In this document: positions 54,341-63,711 of the stretch, one piece after another
Numbering within the stretch: position 1 is the first letter of the stretch
Layout of the letters: each line of letters begins with the position of its first letter
Source: Deltaproteobacteria bacterium
GTDB taxonomy: Bacteria; Desulfobacterota; Dissulfuribacteria; Dissulfuribacterales; QOAL01
Assembly (NCBI GenBank): GCA_027028245.1
Contig: JALVJO010000102.1
Location: forward strand, 12,315-76,314
Length of the DNA: 64,000 nt
Reading direction: 5' to 3'
The notes under the pieces: generated by a model
Told to the model about the DNA's origin: nothing
Databases searched by the model: none
Seen by the model: the letters and a program-made list of their open reading frames with translations, nothing else
Position numbers and translations under genes: made by a program

Positions 54341-57037
54341 ATGGGCACAAAGTCTCTTGAGAAACTTTTAAATCCGAGGAGGATAGCAGTCTGCTTCCAG
54401 GGCGGCACCCAAACGGAACTGGAAAAGAAATTCTTTTATAATGTAATAGGGTCTGGATTCCAGGGCTCCATTTATCCCATTGACCCGGACCGTGAAGCAG
54501 TGTGCGGCATACCTGCCTGTTCCACTGTTCAGGATCTTCCCCAGAAGGCAGATCTGGCAGTGCTGACCGGCCCTCCAGAGGCACTGCCGGCCGCACTGCG
54601 AAAATGTGCAAGGGCAAAGATACCTGCTGCAGTCATTTTTTCATCGGATTTCAGACACCGAACCAGGAATCCGGACAAGCTCATAAGTGAAATGGAAAAA
54701 ATCTGCAGGCGTCATTCCATTCGATGTATTGGCCCCAACTCCCTGGGCTTCATCAGGCCCGGCCGGGGACTTAACATCAGCCTTGCAATTGCCCGTCCTC
54801 CGGCAGGCAAGATAGCCTTTCTTTCCCAGAGCGCCACCCTGGCATCGGCCATCCTGGATTTTGCCCAGAGCAAGAACGTTGGTTTCAGCACATTTGTTTC
54901 CCTGGGGAGCCAGATAGACGTGGATGTGGCAGATCTGATAGATTTTCTCGGGATTGATCCTGAGACAAGGGGCATAATCATATATCTTGAGTCCATCAAA
55001 AACGGCAGGAGGTTTTTGAGCGCCGCAAGGTCCTTTGCCCGGAGCAAGCCCATAGTAGTCATCAAGGGTGGAAGGTTTGAACAATCTGCCAGGCTTTCCA
55101 TGAGCCGCATCGGTGCCCTGGCAGGAGAGGACACTGTTTACGACGCCGTGTTCAAAAGGGCGGGCATGGTGAGGGTGGATGATGTCCTCGAGCTTTTCAA
55201 TACCTCTGAAGCCCTTTCCAAGCAGTCCACTCCCAAGGACAAGAAGATAATAATAGTTACAAATGCAGGAGGGCCTGCAGTCCTTGCAGTGGATACGCTT
55301 ATAAGCAGGGGAGGGGAACTGACAGAACTTTCAGATGAAACAAAGGCTGCACTCCGGGAGATCCTGCCCCCCCACAGCGTGATAAGCAACCCTATTGATG
55401 TCCTTTCCGATGCGCCTGCGGAAAGATTTGCCAAGGCCGTTGAGATATGCCTGGGTGATGAGGATGCCAATGCTGTACTTGCCATTCTAAGCCATCAACT
55501 TTTCTGCCAGCCCAGGCAGAGTGCCCAGATGCTGGCACAGCTTTCGGAACTCTATCCCTTCAGGACCATACTGGCCTGCTGGATGGGAAGCGGCGAGATG
55601 GAAGAGGGCAGGAAGATCCTCAATGAAAATGCAATTCCAACCTTTGTGACACCGGAACAGGCCATAAAGAGCTTTATGTATATGTATGAGTACGAGGAGA
55701 ATATTCATCTCCTGTCCGAGACGCCTTCCAACATCCTGGTGGATTTTCAACCGGACAAGGAAAGGGCAGCCTCCATTATGCACAAGGTGGTCTCCAAGGG
55801 CAGGCTTTTTCTGCTGGAAAGGGAGGCCAAGGAGATATTTGCTGCATACGGGATAAAATCACCTCCCATAAGGCTTGCCAGGACTGCAGAGGAAGCTCTG
55901 GCCATTGCCCGGGAGCTTGGTTTCCCAGTGGCCCTGAAGGTGGAATCCCCGGATGTGCCCCATAAGAACGAGGCAGGTGGTGTGTTCCTGCATGTACTGG
56001 AAACCGAAGTCCAGGACGTGTTTCTGCAGATAGAAAAAAACCTCAGGCAGTTCAATCCCCATGCCCACTTCAATGGTGTCACCGTCCAGCCCATGATCTA
56101 TTGGCCAGGCTATGAGTTTGCAATGGCAGCCAAAAAGGACCCGACATTCGGTGCCATAATAGTATTCGGCCTGGGCGGACAGCTTCTGGAGGCAGAAAAG
56201 GATTACGCAGCTGCCATTCCTCCCCTTAACCAGACCCTGGCAAGAAGGCTGATAGAAAAGACAAGGATATGCAGATACCTTCTTGCCCAAAGCAGGAGGA
56301 GGCCCAGAATTGAGCAGCTGGAAGAGGCTCTTGTGCGGTTTTCCATACTGGTGGCGGACTTTCCCCAGATCAAGGAGATAGACATAAATCCCTTTTACCT
56401 GGGAAAGGAAGAGGGTACCTGTCTGGACGGCAGGATAGTTCTGGAAGAGGAGGCCCTGGAAGGTTTTCAGAGCCATCAGGGCGCAGCATGTCCGGAACAC
56501 ATGGTAATTTGCCCCTATCCCTGCCACTATATCCATTCCACCAAGATGAAAGACGGCACCAGGTATCTTATCAGGCCCATCAAGCCTGAAGATGAACCTC
56601 TCATGGAAGAACTTTTTTATACCTTTTCCGAGGAGACGGTGCGGAACCGTTTTTTTCAGTATAAAAAAGAGATAAGCCATGAAGAGTTGGCCAGGTACTG
56701 CCAGGTTGATTATGATAGGGAAATAGCCCTTGTTGCCGCTGTTGATGATGACGGCCGGGAAAGACTCATAGGGGTATGCAGGCTCACCATAATGCCGGAC
56801 GGCAGGGCCGCCGAGATGGCAGTGGTGGTAGCCGATGCATGGCAGGGTCAGGGGATCGGCAAGAAACTTATGGAAAATACCATCAAGATCGCAAAGGAAC
56901 GGGGTATTAGGGAGATCTGGATGGATGTTCTGGCTGACAACAAGCCCATGAACGGACTTTCAAGGAGAATGGGCTTCAAGAAGGCAGAATCAGAAGATCC
57001 TGACATAGTCCGTTACCTTCTCAAATTGAAAAAGTGA
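54341..57037 (+). CDS. pat: Pat-type protein lysine acetyltransferase (ADP-forming acyl-CoA synthetase-like domains fused to GNAT)
   Basis: About 898 aa. It has an N-terminal CoA-binding/ligase-CoA region, an ATP-grasp region (..AKEIFAAYGI..), and a C-terminal GNAT with QGQGIGKKLM. AAGGAG lies upstream; start ATG at 54341 (GTG at 54338 also possible). Confidence 0.85.
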   Translation: MGTKSLEKLLNPRRIAVCFQGGTQTELEKKFFYNVIGSGFQGSIYPIDPDREAVCGIPACSTVQDLPQKADLAVLTGPPEALPAALRKCARAKIPAAVIFSSDFRHRTRNPDKLISEMEKICRRHSIRCIGPNSLGFIRPGRGLNISLAIARPPAGKIAFLSQSATLASAILDFAQSKNVGFSTFVSLGSQIDVDVADLIDFLGIDPETRGIIIYLESIKNGRRFLSAARSFARSKPIVVIKGGRFEQSARLSMSRIGALAGEDTVYDAVFKRAGMVRVDDVLELFNTSEALSKQSTPKDKKIIIVTNAGGPAVLAVDTLISRGGELTELSDETKAALREILPPHSVISNPIDVLSDAPAERFAKAVEICLGDEDANAVLAILSHQLFCQPRQSAQMLAQLSELYPFRTILACWMGSGEMEEGRKILNENAIPTFVTPEQAIKSFMYMYEYEENIHLLSETPSNILVDFQPDKERAASIMHKVVSKGRLFLLEREAKEIFAAYGIKSPPIRLARTAEEALAIARELGFPVALKVESPDVPHKNEAGGVFLHVLETEVQDVFLQIEKNLRQFNPHAHFNGVTVQPMIYWPGYEFAMAAKKDPTFGAIIVFGLGGQLLEAEKDYAAAIPPLNQTLARRLIEKTRICRYLLAQSRRRPRIEQLEEALVRFSILVADFPQIKEIDINPFYLGKEEGTCLDGRIVLEEEALEGFQSHQGAACPEHMVICPYPCHYIHSTKMKDGTRYLIRPIKPEDEPLMEELFYTFSEETVRNRFFQYKKEISHEELARYCQVDYDREIALVAAVDDDGRERLIGVCRLTIMPDGRAAEMAVVVADAWQGQGIGKKLMENTIKIAKERGIREIWMDVLADNKPMNGLSRRMGFKKAESEDPDIVRYLLKLKK

Positions 57038-57041
57038 CGTC

Positions 57042-58013
57042 ATGAGCAGATTCGGACCCTTGAAAATAGTCTATGATGAAAGGTTTCTCCTGCACGACAC
57101 AGGCGGAGGGGATCATCCTGAAAGCCCTGCCAGGCTGGAGACCATATTGAACAGCCTTAAAAACGGGCCGTTGTCAGAGCAAATAGAGATCCTTAACCCC
57201 CGTGAGGTGGACCGGGACCTGCTCCTTTCTGTTCACAGCGAAGACTACATATTCAGATTCGAGGAGGCCTGTCTTTCCGGCATGGAAATGCTGGGGCATC
57301 CTGACAACCGGATATCTTACGAATCATTTGAAGCAGCCCTCTTGTCTGCCGGTGCCTCGCAGTCCGGCATAGATTTTCTGGAAAACATGAATAGTTCTGA
57401 CAGGGTGTTCTGCTGCGTCAGGCCGCCGGGGCACCACTCGGAGGCTGCATTGGCCCTGGGATTCTGTTTTCTCAACAACGTCGCCATTGCTGTAAGGTAC
57501 TGGCAGAAAAATTACAGGAGACAAAGGATCTTCATCCTTGATTTTGATGCCCACCATGGAAACGGGATTCAGGAGATCTTCGATGAAGATCCCGACGTGT
57601 TCTATGCCAGCATACATGAACATCCCACCTTCAGCTTTCCAGGCACAGGATACGAAGAAGACACAGGCACGGGAGCAGGAGAAGGCACTACCATGAACAT
57701 TGCACTTCCTCCAGGCTCCACGGATAGCGTGGTGTTGAAGGCAATGGAGGAGAAGGTGGCATCTGCCATTGAGGATTTTCAGCCCGACTGCATTATTGCA
57801 GCAGCAGGTTTCGATGCCCACGAGTACGACGACATGTCGGGCCTGGCCTATTCCACGAGGGTATACGGCCATATCGGCACTCACCTGGCTGCCTGGGCAG
57901 ATGCCTGCTGCCAGGGCAGGCTGCTGAGCATACTGGAGGGTGGATACAGCCTGGAAGTGCTGGGGCCTTCGGTTGAGATTTACCTTGGCGGGCTTTGCCT
58001 GAAGGTGGACTGA
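57042..58013 (+). CDS. Zn-dependent histone deacetylase-family deacetylase (AcuC-like)
   Basis: 323 aa with RPPGHH, DFDAHHGNG and EGGY motifs of the HDAC/acetoin-utilisation family. It starts 4 nt after the pat stop. Confidence 0.9.
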   Translation: MSRFGPLKIVYDERFLLHDTGGGDHPESPARLETILNSLKNGPLSEQIEILNPREVDRDLLLSVHSEDYIFRFEEACLSGMEMLGHPDNRISYESFEAALLSAGASQSGIDFLENMNSSDRVFCCVRPPGHHSEAALALGFCFLNNVAIAVRYWQKNYRRQRIFILDFDAHHGNGIQEIFDEDPDVFYASIHEHPTFSFPGTGYEEDTGTGAGEGTTMNIALPPGSTDSVVLKAMEEKVASAIEDFQPDCIIAAAGFDAHEYDDMSGLAYSTRVYGHIGTHLAAWADACCQGRLLSILEGGYSLEVLGPSVEIYLGGLCLKVD

Positions 58014-58046
58014 CTGCATTTTGAGATATGTGAAGAGGTAGAAACC

Positions 58047-58691
58047 ATGTTCGTAACCGGATACATGACCCCGAATCCCTTGACAATAACCCCGGATACC
58101 CTGGTGCCTGAAGCCAGGAACATCCTCAGGGAAAAAGATTTCAGACATCTGCCCGTCACTGACCCGCAAGGCCGTCTCCTGGGGATGGTGACTGACAGGG
58201 ACATTCGCTCTGTCTACCCATCTTCCATCCTGCGCGGAGAAGAAAGGAGGAAGATCCTCAAGAAGGTGGAAGGCTCCACGGTAGACGGCATCATGAGCAC
58301 CAGGCTTTCTTCTCTTAATCTCAATTCTACCATTGATGACGCACTCATCCTTCTGGAAAGGCAGAATGTCGGCGCTCTTCCCGTGCTGGATGATGACGGT
58401 AAGGTAGTTGGAATATTTTCCATCAGGGATCTCATGAAGGCCTATGGTGAACTTTTCGGATTATACGAAAAGGGCAGTGCCTTAATATCCGTGAGGGATT
58501 CCGGCGAGACGGATATCTCAAGGCTGGTAAATATACTGGAAAAGAGAAACATCCCCTTTACCAGGGTCATAAGGTCACGGGATCTTTCCAGCGGATCAGG
58601 CAGGAAGTCGGCAATCCATATCCGCGTTCAGACCATGCAGCTTACGGCCATCAAGAAGGCCCTCAGGGAAGAAGGCTTTCAGGTAATCTGA
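58047..58691 (+). CDS. CBS-pair plus ACT-like domain protein (AcuB-like)
   Basis: 214 aa with two CBS motifs (..FRHLPVTDPQGRLLGMVTDRD.., ..ALPVLDDDGKVVGIFSIRD..) and a C-terminal ACT-like segment (IHIRVQTMQLTAIKKALREEGFQVI). Length and layout match B. subtilis AcuB. Confidence 0.8.
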   Translation: MFVTGYMTPNPLTITPDTLVPEARNILREKDFRHLPVTDPQGRLLGMVTDRDIRSVYPSSILRGEERRKILKKVEGSTVDGIMSTRLSSLNLNSTIDDALILLERQNVGALPVLDDDGKVVGIFSIRDLMKAYGELFGLYEKGSALISVRDSGETDISRLVNILEKRNIPFTRVIRSRDLSSGSGRKSAIHIRVQTMQLTAIKKALREEGFQVI

Positions 58692-58695
58692 AAAG

Positions 58696-59415
58696 GTGAA
58701 TCTTTTTATCGCCGGCACGGATACCGGGGTTGGAAAGACCTTTATCACTGCTGCCTTGTGCAGTGATCTAATCACCCTGGGCCTCAAGGTGGGCATTCAG
58801 AAGTGGGTCACTACAGGCTGCAGCAGCGGCAGCGGGGATATCCAGTTTATCAAATCCTTTGTGGCAAAAGTGCACGGGAAAGAAACAGCCCGGAAACTGC
58901 CTGCCTCAAGCCCCTATTGTCTGTCCTTTCCGGCATCTCCCCATCTTGCTTCCGCCCTGGACGAAGTGGAGATAGACGCAGACAAAATCCTTCATGAATA
59001 CAAAAAGATGGCTTCAATGTGCCAGATCTTCCTTGTGGAGGGCACCGGGGGTATCATGGTACCAGTTACAAGAAGCCTGCTTTTTTCAGATATCCTTCAA
59101 AGGGCCATGCCCCTTGTAATCCTTGTGGCAAGAAGCGGCCTTGGCACCATAAATCACACTCTTCTTACCATAGAAGCCCTCAGGACAAGGGGGCTTGACA
59201 TATTATGCGTCATCTTGAATTCAGTCAGCCCCGGGGAGGGAAAGGACCATACCAGCCCTGTAATAGTAGAAGACAACATAAAGATTATCTCAGAACTGGG
59301 CAGGGTGGATGTTTTCGGTCCGGTGCCCTTTGCCCGTGATTTTGACCAAAAGGAAGTCTGGAAACAGATCCGGCCTGTTGCCGAAATGATAAAGATACGC
59401 TTTCAAAACAAATAA
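58696..59415 (+). CDS. bioD: dethiobiotin synthase
   Basis: 239 aa with P-loop GTDTGVGKT, VEGTGG and GTINHTLLT motifs. GTG start. Confidence 0.85.
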   Translation: MNLFIAGTDTGVGKTFITAALCSDLITLGLKVGIQKWVTTGCSSGSGDIQFIKSFVAKVHGKETARKLPASSPYCLSFPASPHLASALDEVEIDADKILHEYKKMASMCQIFLVEGTGGIMVPVTRSLLFSDILQRAMPLVILVARSGLGTINHTLLTIEALRTRGLDILCVILNSVSPGEGKDHTSPVIVEDNIKIISELGRVDVFGPVPFARDFDQKEVWKQIRPVAEMIKIRFQNK

Positions 59416-60368
59416 TGGCCGCCGTGATCAGCACCTTGGATATGAAGAGCATATTTTTATTTTTCATCATCATGGCCTCATTGATCCCTGGGCCCTTATG
59501 CGCAGAACAAATCGGCCCTGTCTCTTCGGGTCAGGGCATGAAAATGTGTCTCAGCCAGGGCATCCTGACCATTTCATCTGCCTATTCTCCCTATTCTGTA
59601 CATCTTATCAAGGCCGAGGTGGAAGGCCGCATAGTCCGCATAAATGCCAGGGAAGGCAGTATCCTGAAGGCAGGTACCCCGCTGGTTGAGATAGACAGCA
59701 CTGCTCTTAGAGGCCAGCTTGAACAGCTGAAGCGGGTGCTCGAAAGCCTCAAAAAGAGTGAAAAGGTGCTGACCAGGGACCTGGCGCTGAACCAGAAGAA
59801 ATATCATCGTTATGTGGTGCTTCAGAAGAACAAACATGTAGAGGCCCAGGCAGTTGAAAACGTCGAAAGGGAACTTCACAACTCTGAGCTGGTACTTATT
59901 GAGAACAGGAGACAGCAGGCCGATGTTTCCAGAAGGATTATAGAGCTGGAAGACAGGATAAGTAAATGTGCTCCAAGGTTTTCCAGGGACTTCTACGTGG
60001 CAGAAAATTTCAAAGAGCTCTATGAGACAGTGGTCCCTGGAGAAAATATCAGCAGGCTTCTTGATATCTCCAGGGCCAAGATCCATCTTGTCCTTTCGCC
60101 CGAATGTTTCTTGAAGGCAGAAAATTCCCTGCATGAAGAAGGACCCGTTGATTTTAAAATCATTACGGAAGACGGCAGGTCATATTCAACCAGGGGCAGG
60201 GTTGAAAAATTGAAAATCGATCCTGACAACAGCTATCTTTACAGTTACGGTTTTGACCTTGTCTTCAAGCCTGTTGAATTCCTGCTGTGGGGGCAGGTAG
60301 TCACTGTGAGACTGGATCTTGGTCAGCAGACAATAAAAACCATGGGCAGCCAGGGGAGCAGCCGCTGA
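59415..60368 (+). CDS. efflux RND periplasmic adaptor (HlyD/membrane-fusion family)
   Basis: 317 aa with a signal/anchor, a lipoyl-like hairpin (EVEGRIVRINAREGSILKAGTPLVEID) and a coiled coil. Its ATG overlaps the bioD TAA (TAATG). Confidence 0.7.
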   Translation: MAAVISTLDMKSIFLFFIIMASLIPGPLCAEQIGPVSSGQGMKMCLSQGILTISSAYSPYSVHLIKAEVEGRIVRINAREGSILKAGTPLVEIDSTALRGQLEQLKRVLESLKKSEKVLTRDLALNQKKYHRYVVLQKNKHVEAQAVENVERELHNSELVLIENRRQQADVSRRIIELEDRISKCAPRFSRDFYVAENFKELYETVVPGENISRLLDISRAKIHLVLSPECFLKAENSLHEEGPVDFKIITEDGRSYSTRGRVEKLKIDPDNSYLYSYGFDLVFKPVEFLLWGQVVTVRLDLGQQTIKTMGSQGSSR

Positions 60369-60391
60369 GGATGCGGCTGTGACAGTAGTCT

Positions 60392-63300
60392 ATGCCTGAA
60401 TCTGGTTCCATGGAAAAGACCTTTTCCTGGAAACTGATATCATTTTTTGTCAGGAAGAGACCCCTTTCCCATACCCTTACCATACTGTTTGTCCTTACCG
60501 GTATTTTATCCTACTTCCAGCTGCCCCAGGAGATATTCCCTCCAATACCCACCAACAAGATAGAAATCAGGGCAAATTATCCTGGCACTTCCGCCGACAC
60601 CTTTGATGACATCATTACCAACAGGATAGAGGATGAGGTCCAGACCATCGAAGGCGTAAAGCTCATCGAATCGGTCACAAGGGACGGTTCCTGTCTCATA
60701 ACCCTGACCCTTGATGACGACGTCATGATTGAAGACACCCTCTTCAAGGTCAGGGATGCCGTGGACAGGGTCAAACCGGATTTTCCTGAAGACATGGACG
60801 ACCCCACTGTGGTTCGAAAGATTGAAAAGTATCCCCTCTTAACGCTTTCCATAAGCGGTGCCGGCGAGGAAACCCTCCAGGACGTGGCCGATGACATCAG
60901 GAAGGAGATCGAGCGGATTGCCGACATATCAAAGGCCACAATCAACGGCAGGGCAAAGAGAGAGGTGCATATATACCTTAAAAACCAGATCCTGGAGGCC
61001 CTGGGGATAGAACCCCGGCAGATCAGAAATCTGGTAAAAAACTGGGTGAACAACAGCCCCCTGGGAGAGATAAAAGAGACAGGAAACCATCTTTTTATCA
61101 CTACCCCTGGCGGATCTTCCTCGCCTCATTTCTGGCAGAACCTGATCCTGCATGTAAACGGCAGGAAGCTCTATCTGGGGAGGGTGGCAGATATCAGGCT
61201 GGAGCTGTCCGAGGTGAAAAGTCTCTCTCATTTCAACGGCAGGAGAAACATCTCCATCACTGTCTTCAAGACGGCAGAGGGCTCATCCATCGCGCTTTCA
61301 AAAAAGATAAAGTCCCTGCTTCCTTCGTGGGAAAAAAGATACCAGGGGCTGAAGTTTGCGGTATACAGCGATCTTTCAGTCTACATCAAGAACAGGCTGA
61401 ACACGGTGAAATCCTCGGCAGTTGTAGGCCTCATACTGGTGACCATTTCCCTCTACCTGTTTCTCAACCTGAGGGTTTCAATCACTGTGCTCCTGGGCAT
61501 ACCCACGGCATTTCTTATTTCGTTTGTATACCTTGCCTACCGGGGAGAAAGCATAAACATGCTGTCTCTTTTTTCATTTCTCATGGCGCTGGGCATGGTG
61601 GTCGATGATGCAATCGTGATAGGAGAGAACATCTACCGTCAGATGGAAAACGGCCTGGCCCCTGTAGCTGCGGCAGTAAGGGGCACATGCGAGGTGTTCT
61701 GGCCGGTCTGTGCTGCCACATTCACCACAGTGGCAGCCTTCCTGCCCCTTCTCATGCTTACAGGTGATATCGGAAAGTTTCTCAGGATTATACCCATATT
61801 CGTCAGCACGGTCCTTTTGGCCTCGCTGGTGGAGGCCCTTTTTATACTGCCGGTTCATGCTGTGGAACTCTACCGCACAGGAATCGGGAAAAGCCCGTTT
61901 TCCAACTGGGAGCCCCTTAGAAGATTTTATGCATCTATACTGGATAAGCTCCTTTCTCACCGAAGGGCAGCCATGCTGTGGGCCCTGGTCCTGCTTGTCC
62001 TTTCATTTGCCGCCATGAAACTGTTCCTTACCTTTACTCTCCTTCCTCAATTTGACACCGATCAGATTTATATCAGGGGAAAGCTCAGCTCCAGGCACGG
62101 CATAGAAGAGACGGAAAAGGTGGTTTCCCTCATAGAAAGGCGTGTCCGGGACTGTGTGCCCCCGGATGACCTGGATTCCATTGCCACGCACATCGGTACA
62201 TCCTTTAATGACAAGATGGAATTTGATATCGGGGAAGACCTCTTCCAGGTATTTGTAAACTTGAAAAAACCCGCTCCCCAGAATTGGCTGGAGCATTTCG
62301 TCTATCCGGTGGTGATGTTCGGGACCTACGAATTCGGTACCAGGACCCATACTGCCATATATCTTTCCAAGGTAATTGAAAGGCATCTTAAGGATATAAA
62401 AATCCAGCGCCTGACCGTTACAAAGCCCAAGGCAGGGATTGTCAGGGCAGATATAGAAATTTCGTTTTCCGCATCCTCACTATCCAAGGCACTGGCCCTT
62501 GACAGGATGAAGCAGGCAGCCAGGCTTCTTGAAAGGCATCTTTACGGCATTAAAGGCGTGGAAAATGTTGCTGATAATTTCGACCCAGGCAGGCTGGAAC
62601 TGGAGCTTCATGTCAACAAGCGCGGACGAGAGCTGGGTTTTACCGAGGGGGCCTTGGCCTCTACTTTCATTCCCTATTATCTGAATATCAAGAATGCCAG
62701 GATTATGAAGGACGTTAACCGGGACGTGGTTGTCAGGACATATATCCTGGATAGAAAGGATCTGGACAGGTTTCTTAAAATAAAACTGCCGGTTCCGGGT
62801 AGCCGGAGATACGTCTATCTTACCCAGGTCTGCCGGATAAGGAAGCGGCAGGGGCTTTCCAGGATATGGAAGGAAAACGGGGTCCGCCAGATAACCGTTA
62901 CGGCTTCCATCGACAAGGCAGTTACCACCAGCAGGCAGGTCATGGATGAGCTGGCACCGGTATTTGAAAAGATTCTGGCTTCAAACGTGCAAATAGATAT
63001 AAAGGGTGAAAAAAAGGTGGCAGACAAGACACTAAGAGAACTGATGCTTGCAGGAATAGTTGCCATCCTGGGCATATTCATAGTGCTCCTCCTGCAGTTC
63101 AATACTGTAGGAGATGCCCTCATAGTCCTGTCCTCTGTCCCTTTTGCCTTTACGGGAGTGATCCTAGGCCACATTATAATGGGAAAACACCTTGCAATAC
63201 CATCTCTTCTGGGTTTTGTGGGGCTTTGCGGTGTTGCAGTGAATGACGCCATCATCATGGTCGATTTTTTGAAAAGGCACATGGAAAAAGGCACGGACAA

Positions 63301-63532
63301 GGAATTTTTCCTAAGTGCCGCAGCCATGAGGCTCAGGCCCATCATACTTACATCTGTTACCACAATTCTCAGCCTGGTTCCCTTGATCTTTTTTGCCACA
63401 GGCCAGGCCCTCATCCTGAGTCCCATGGCGGTATCGTTCGGATACGGTCTTTTGGCAGCCACCTTTGCCAACCTCCTCCTTGTACCCACTCTCTATTGTC
63501 TTGTGCATAAGATAAATTTTGCACAAAATTAA
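60392..63532 (+). CDS. RND efflux transporter permease (AcrB/CzcA superfamily)
   Basis: 1046 aa. Two-fold repeat of one TM, a large periplasmic loop and five TMs. GMVVDDAIVIGENI and GVAVNDAIIMVDF are the conserved TM4/TM10 motifs. Confidence 0.9.
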   Translation: MPESGSMEKTFSWKLISFFVRKRPLSHTLTILFVLTGILSYFQLPQEIFPPIPTNKIEIRANYPGTSADTFDDIITNRIEDEVQTIEGVKLIESVTRDGSCLITLTLDDDVMIEDTLFKVRDAVDRVKPDFPEDMDDPTVVRKIEKYPLLTLSISGAGEETLQDVADDIRKEIERIADISKATINGRAKREVHIYLKNQILEALGIEPRQIRNLVKNWVNNSPLGEIKETGNHLFITTPGGSSSPHFWQNLILHVNGRKLYLGRVADIRLELSEVKSLSHFNGRRNISITVFKTAEGSSIALSKKIKSLLPSWEKRYQGLKFAVYSDLSVYIKNRLNTVKSSAVVGLILVTISLYLFLNLRVSITVLLGIPTAFLISFVYLAYRGESINMLSLFSFLMALGMVVDDAIVIGENIYRQMENGLAPVAAAVRGTCEVFWPVCAATFTTVAAFLPLLMLTGDIGKFLRIIPIFVSTVLLASLVEALFILPVHAVELYRTGIGKSPFSNWEPLRRFYASILDKLLSHRRAAMLWALVLLVLSFAAMKLFLTFTLLPQFDTDQIYIRGKLSSRHGIEETEKVVSLIERRVRDCVPPDDLDSIATHIGTSFNDKMEFDIGEDLFQVFVNLKKPAPQNWLEHFVYPVVMFGTYEFGTRTHTAIYLSKVIERHLKDIKIQRLTVTKPKAGIVRADIEISFSASSLSKALALDRMKQAARLLERHLYGIKGVENVADNFDPGRLELELHVNKRGRELGFTEGALASTFIPYYLNIKNARIMKDVNRDVVVRTYILDRKDLDRFLKIKLPVPGSRRYVYLTQVCRIRKRQGLSRIWKENGVRQITVTASIDKAVTTSRQVMDELAPVFEKILASNVQIDIKGEKKVADKTLRELMLAGIVAILGIFIVLLLQFNTVGDALIVLSSVPFAFTGVILGHIIMGKHLAIPSLLGFVGLCGVAVNDAIIMVDFLKRHMEKGTDKEFFLSAAAMRLRPIILTSVTTILSLVPLIFFATGQALILSPMAVSFGYGLLAATFANLLLVPTLYCLVHKINFAQN

Positions 63533-63711
63533 TGAAAATTTTATCAATACCCTTGTGAAAATTGGCGAGAAGGATTATTAATTCACATCTATTTTTAAAG
63601 GATGCAATCAGAACAAAGGAGGTGATACTTGAAAGCAATTCAGGAAGGAAGGAAAGGATGAGGAAAGATAACTGATTTTAAAGAAAAAAGACTTTGAAAA
63701 GGAGGGTCCTT

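Noticed and set aside
54105-54341. 78-aa plus-strand ORF whose TGA overlaps the pat ATG (TGATG), suggesting a coupled leader peptide
   Set aside because: It has no SD and its sequence looks random (MKLNGKFRARQIRLDSNVV..). It lies in the divergent promoter region between the double-uvrA gene and pat. The overlap is probably accidental. I would revisit it only if Ribo-seq shows translation.
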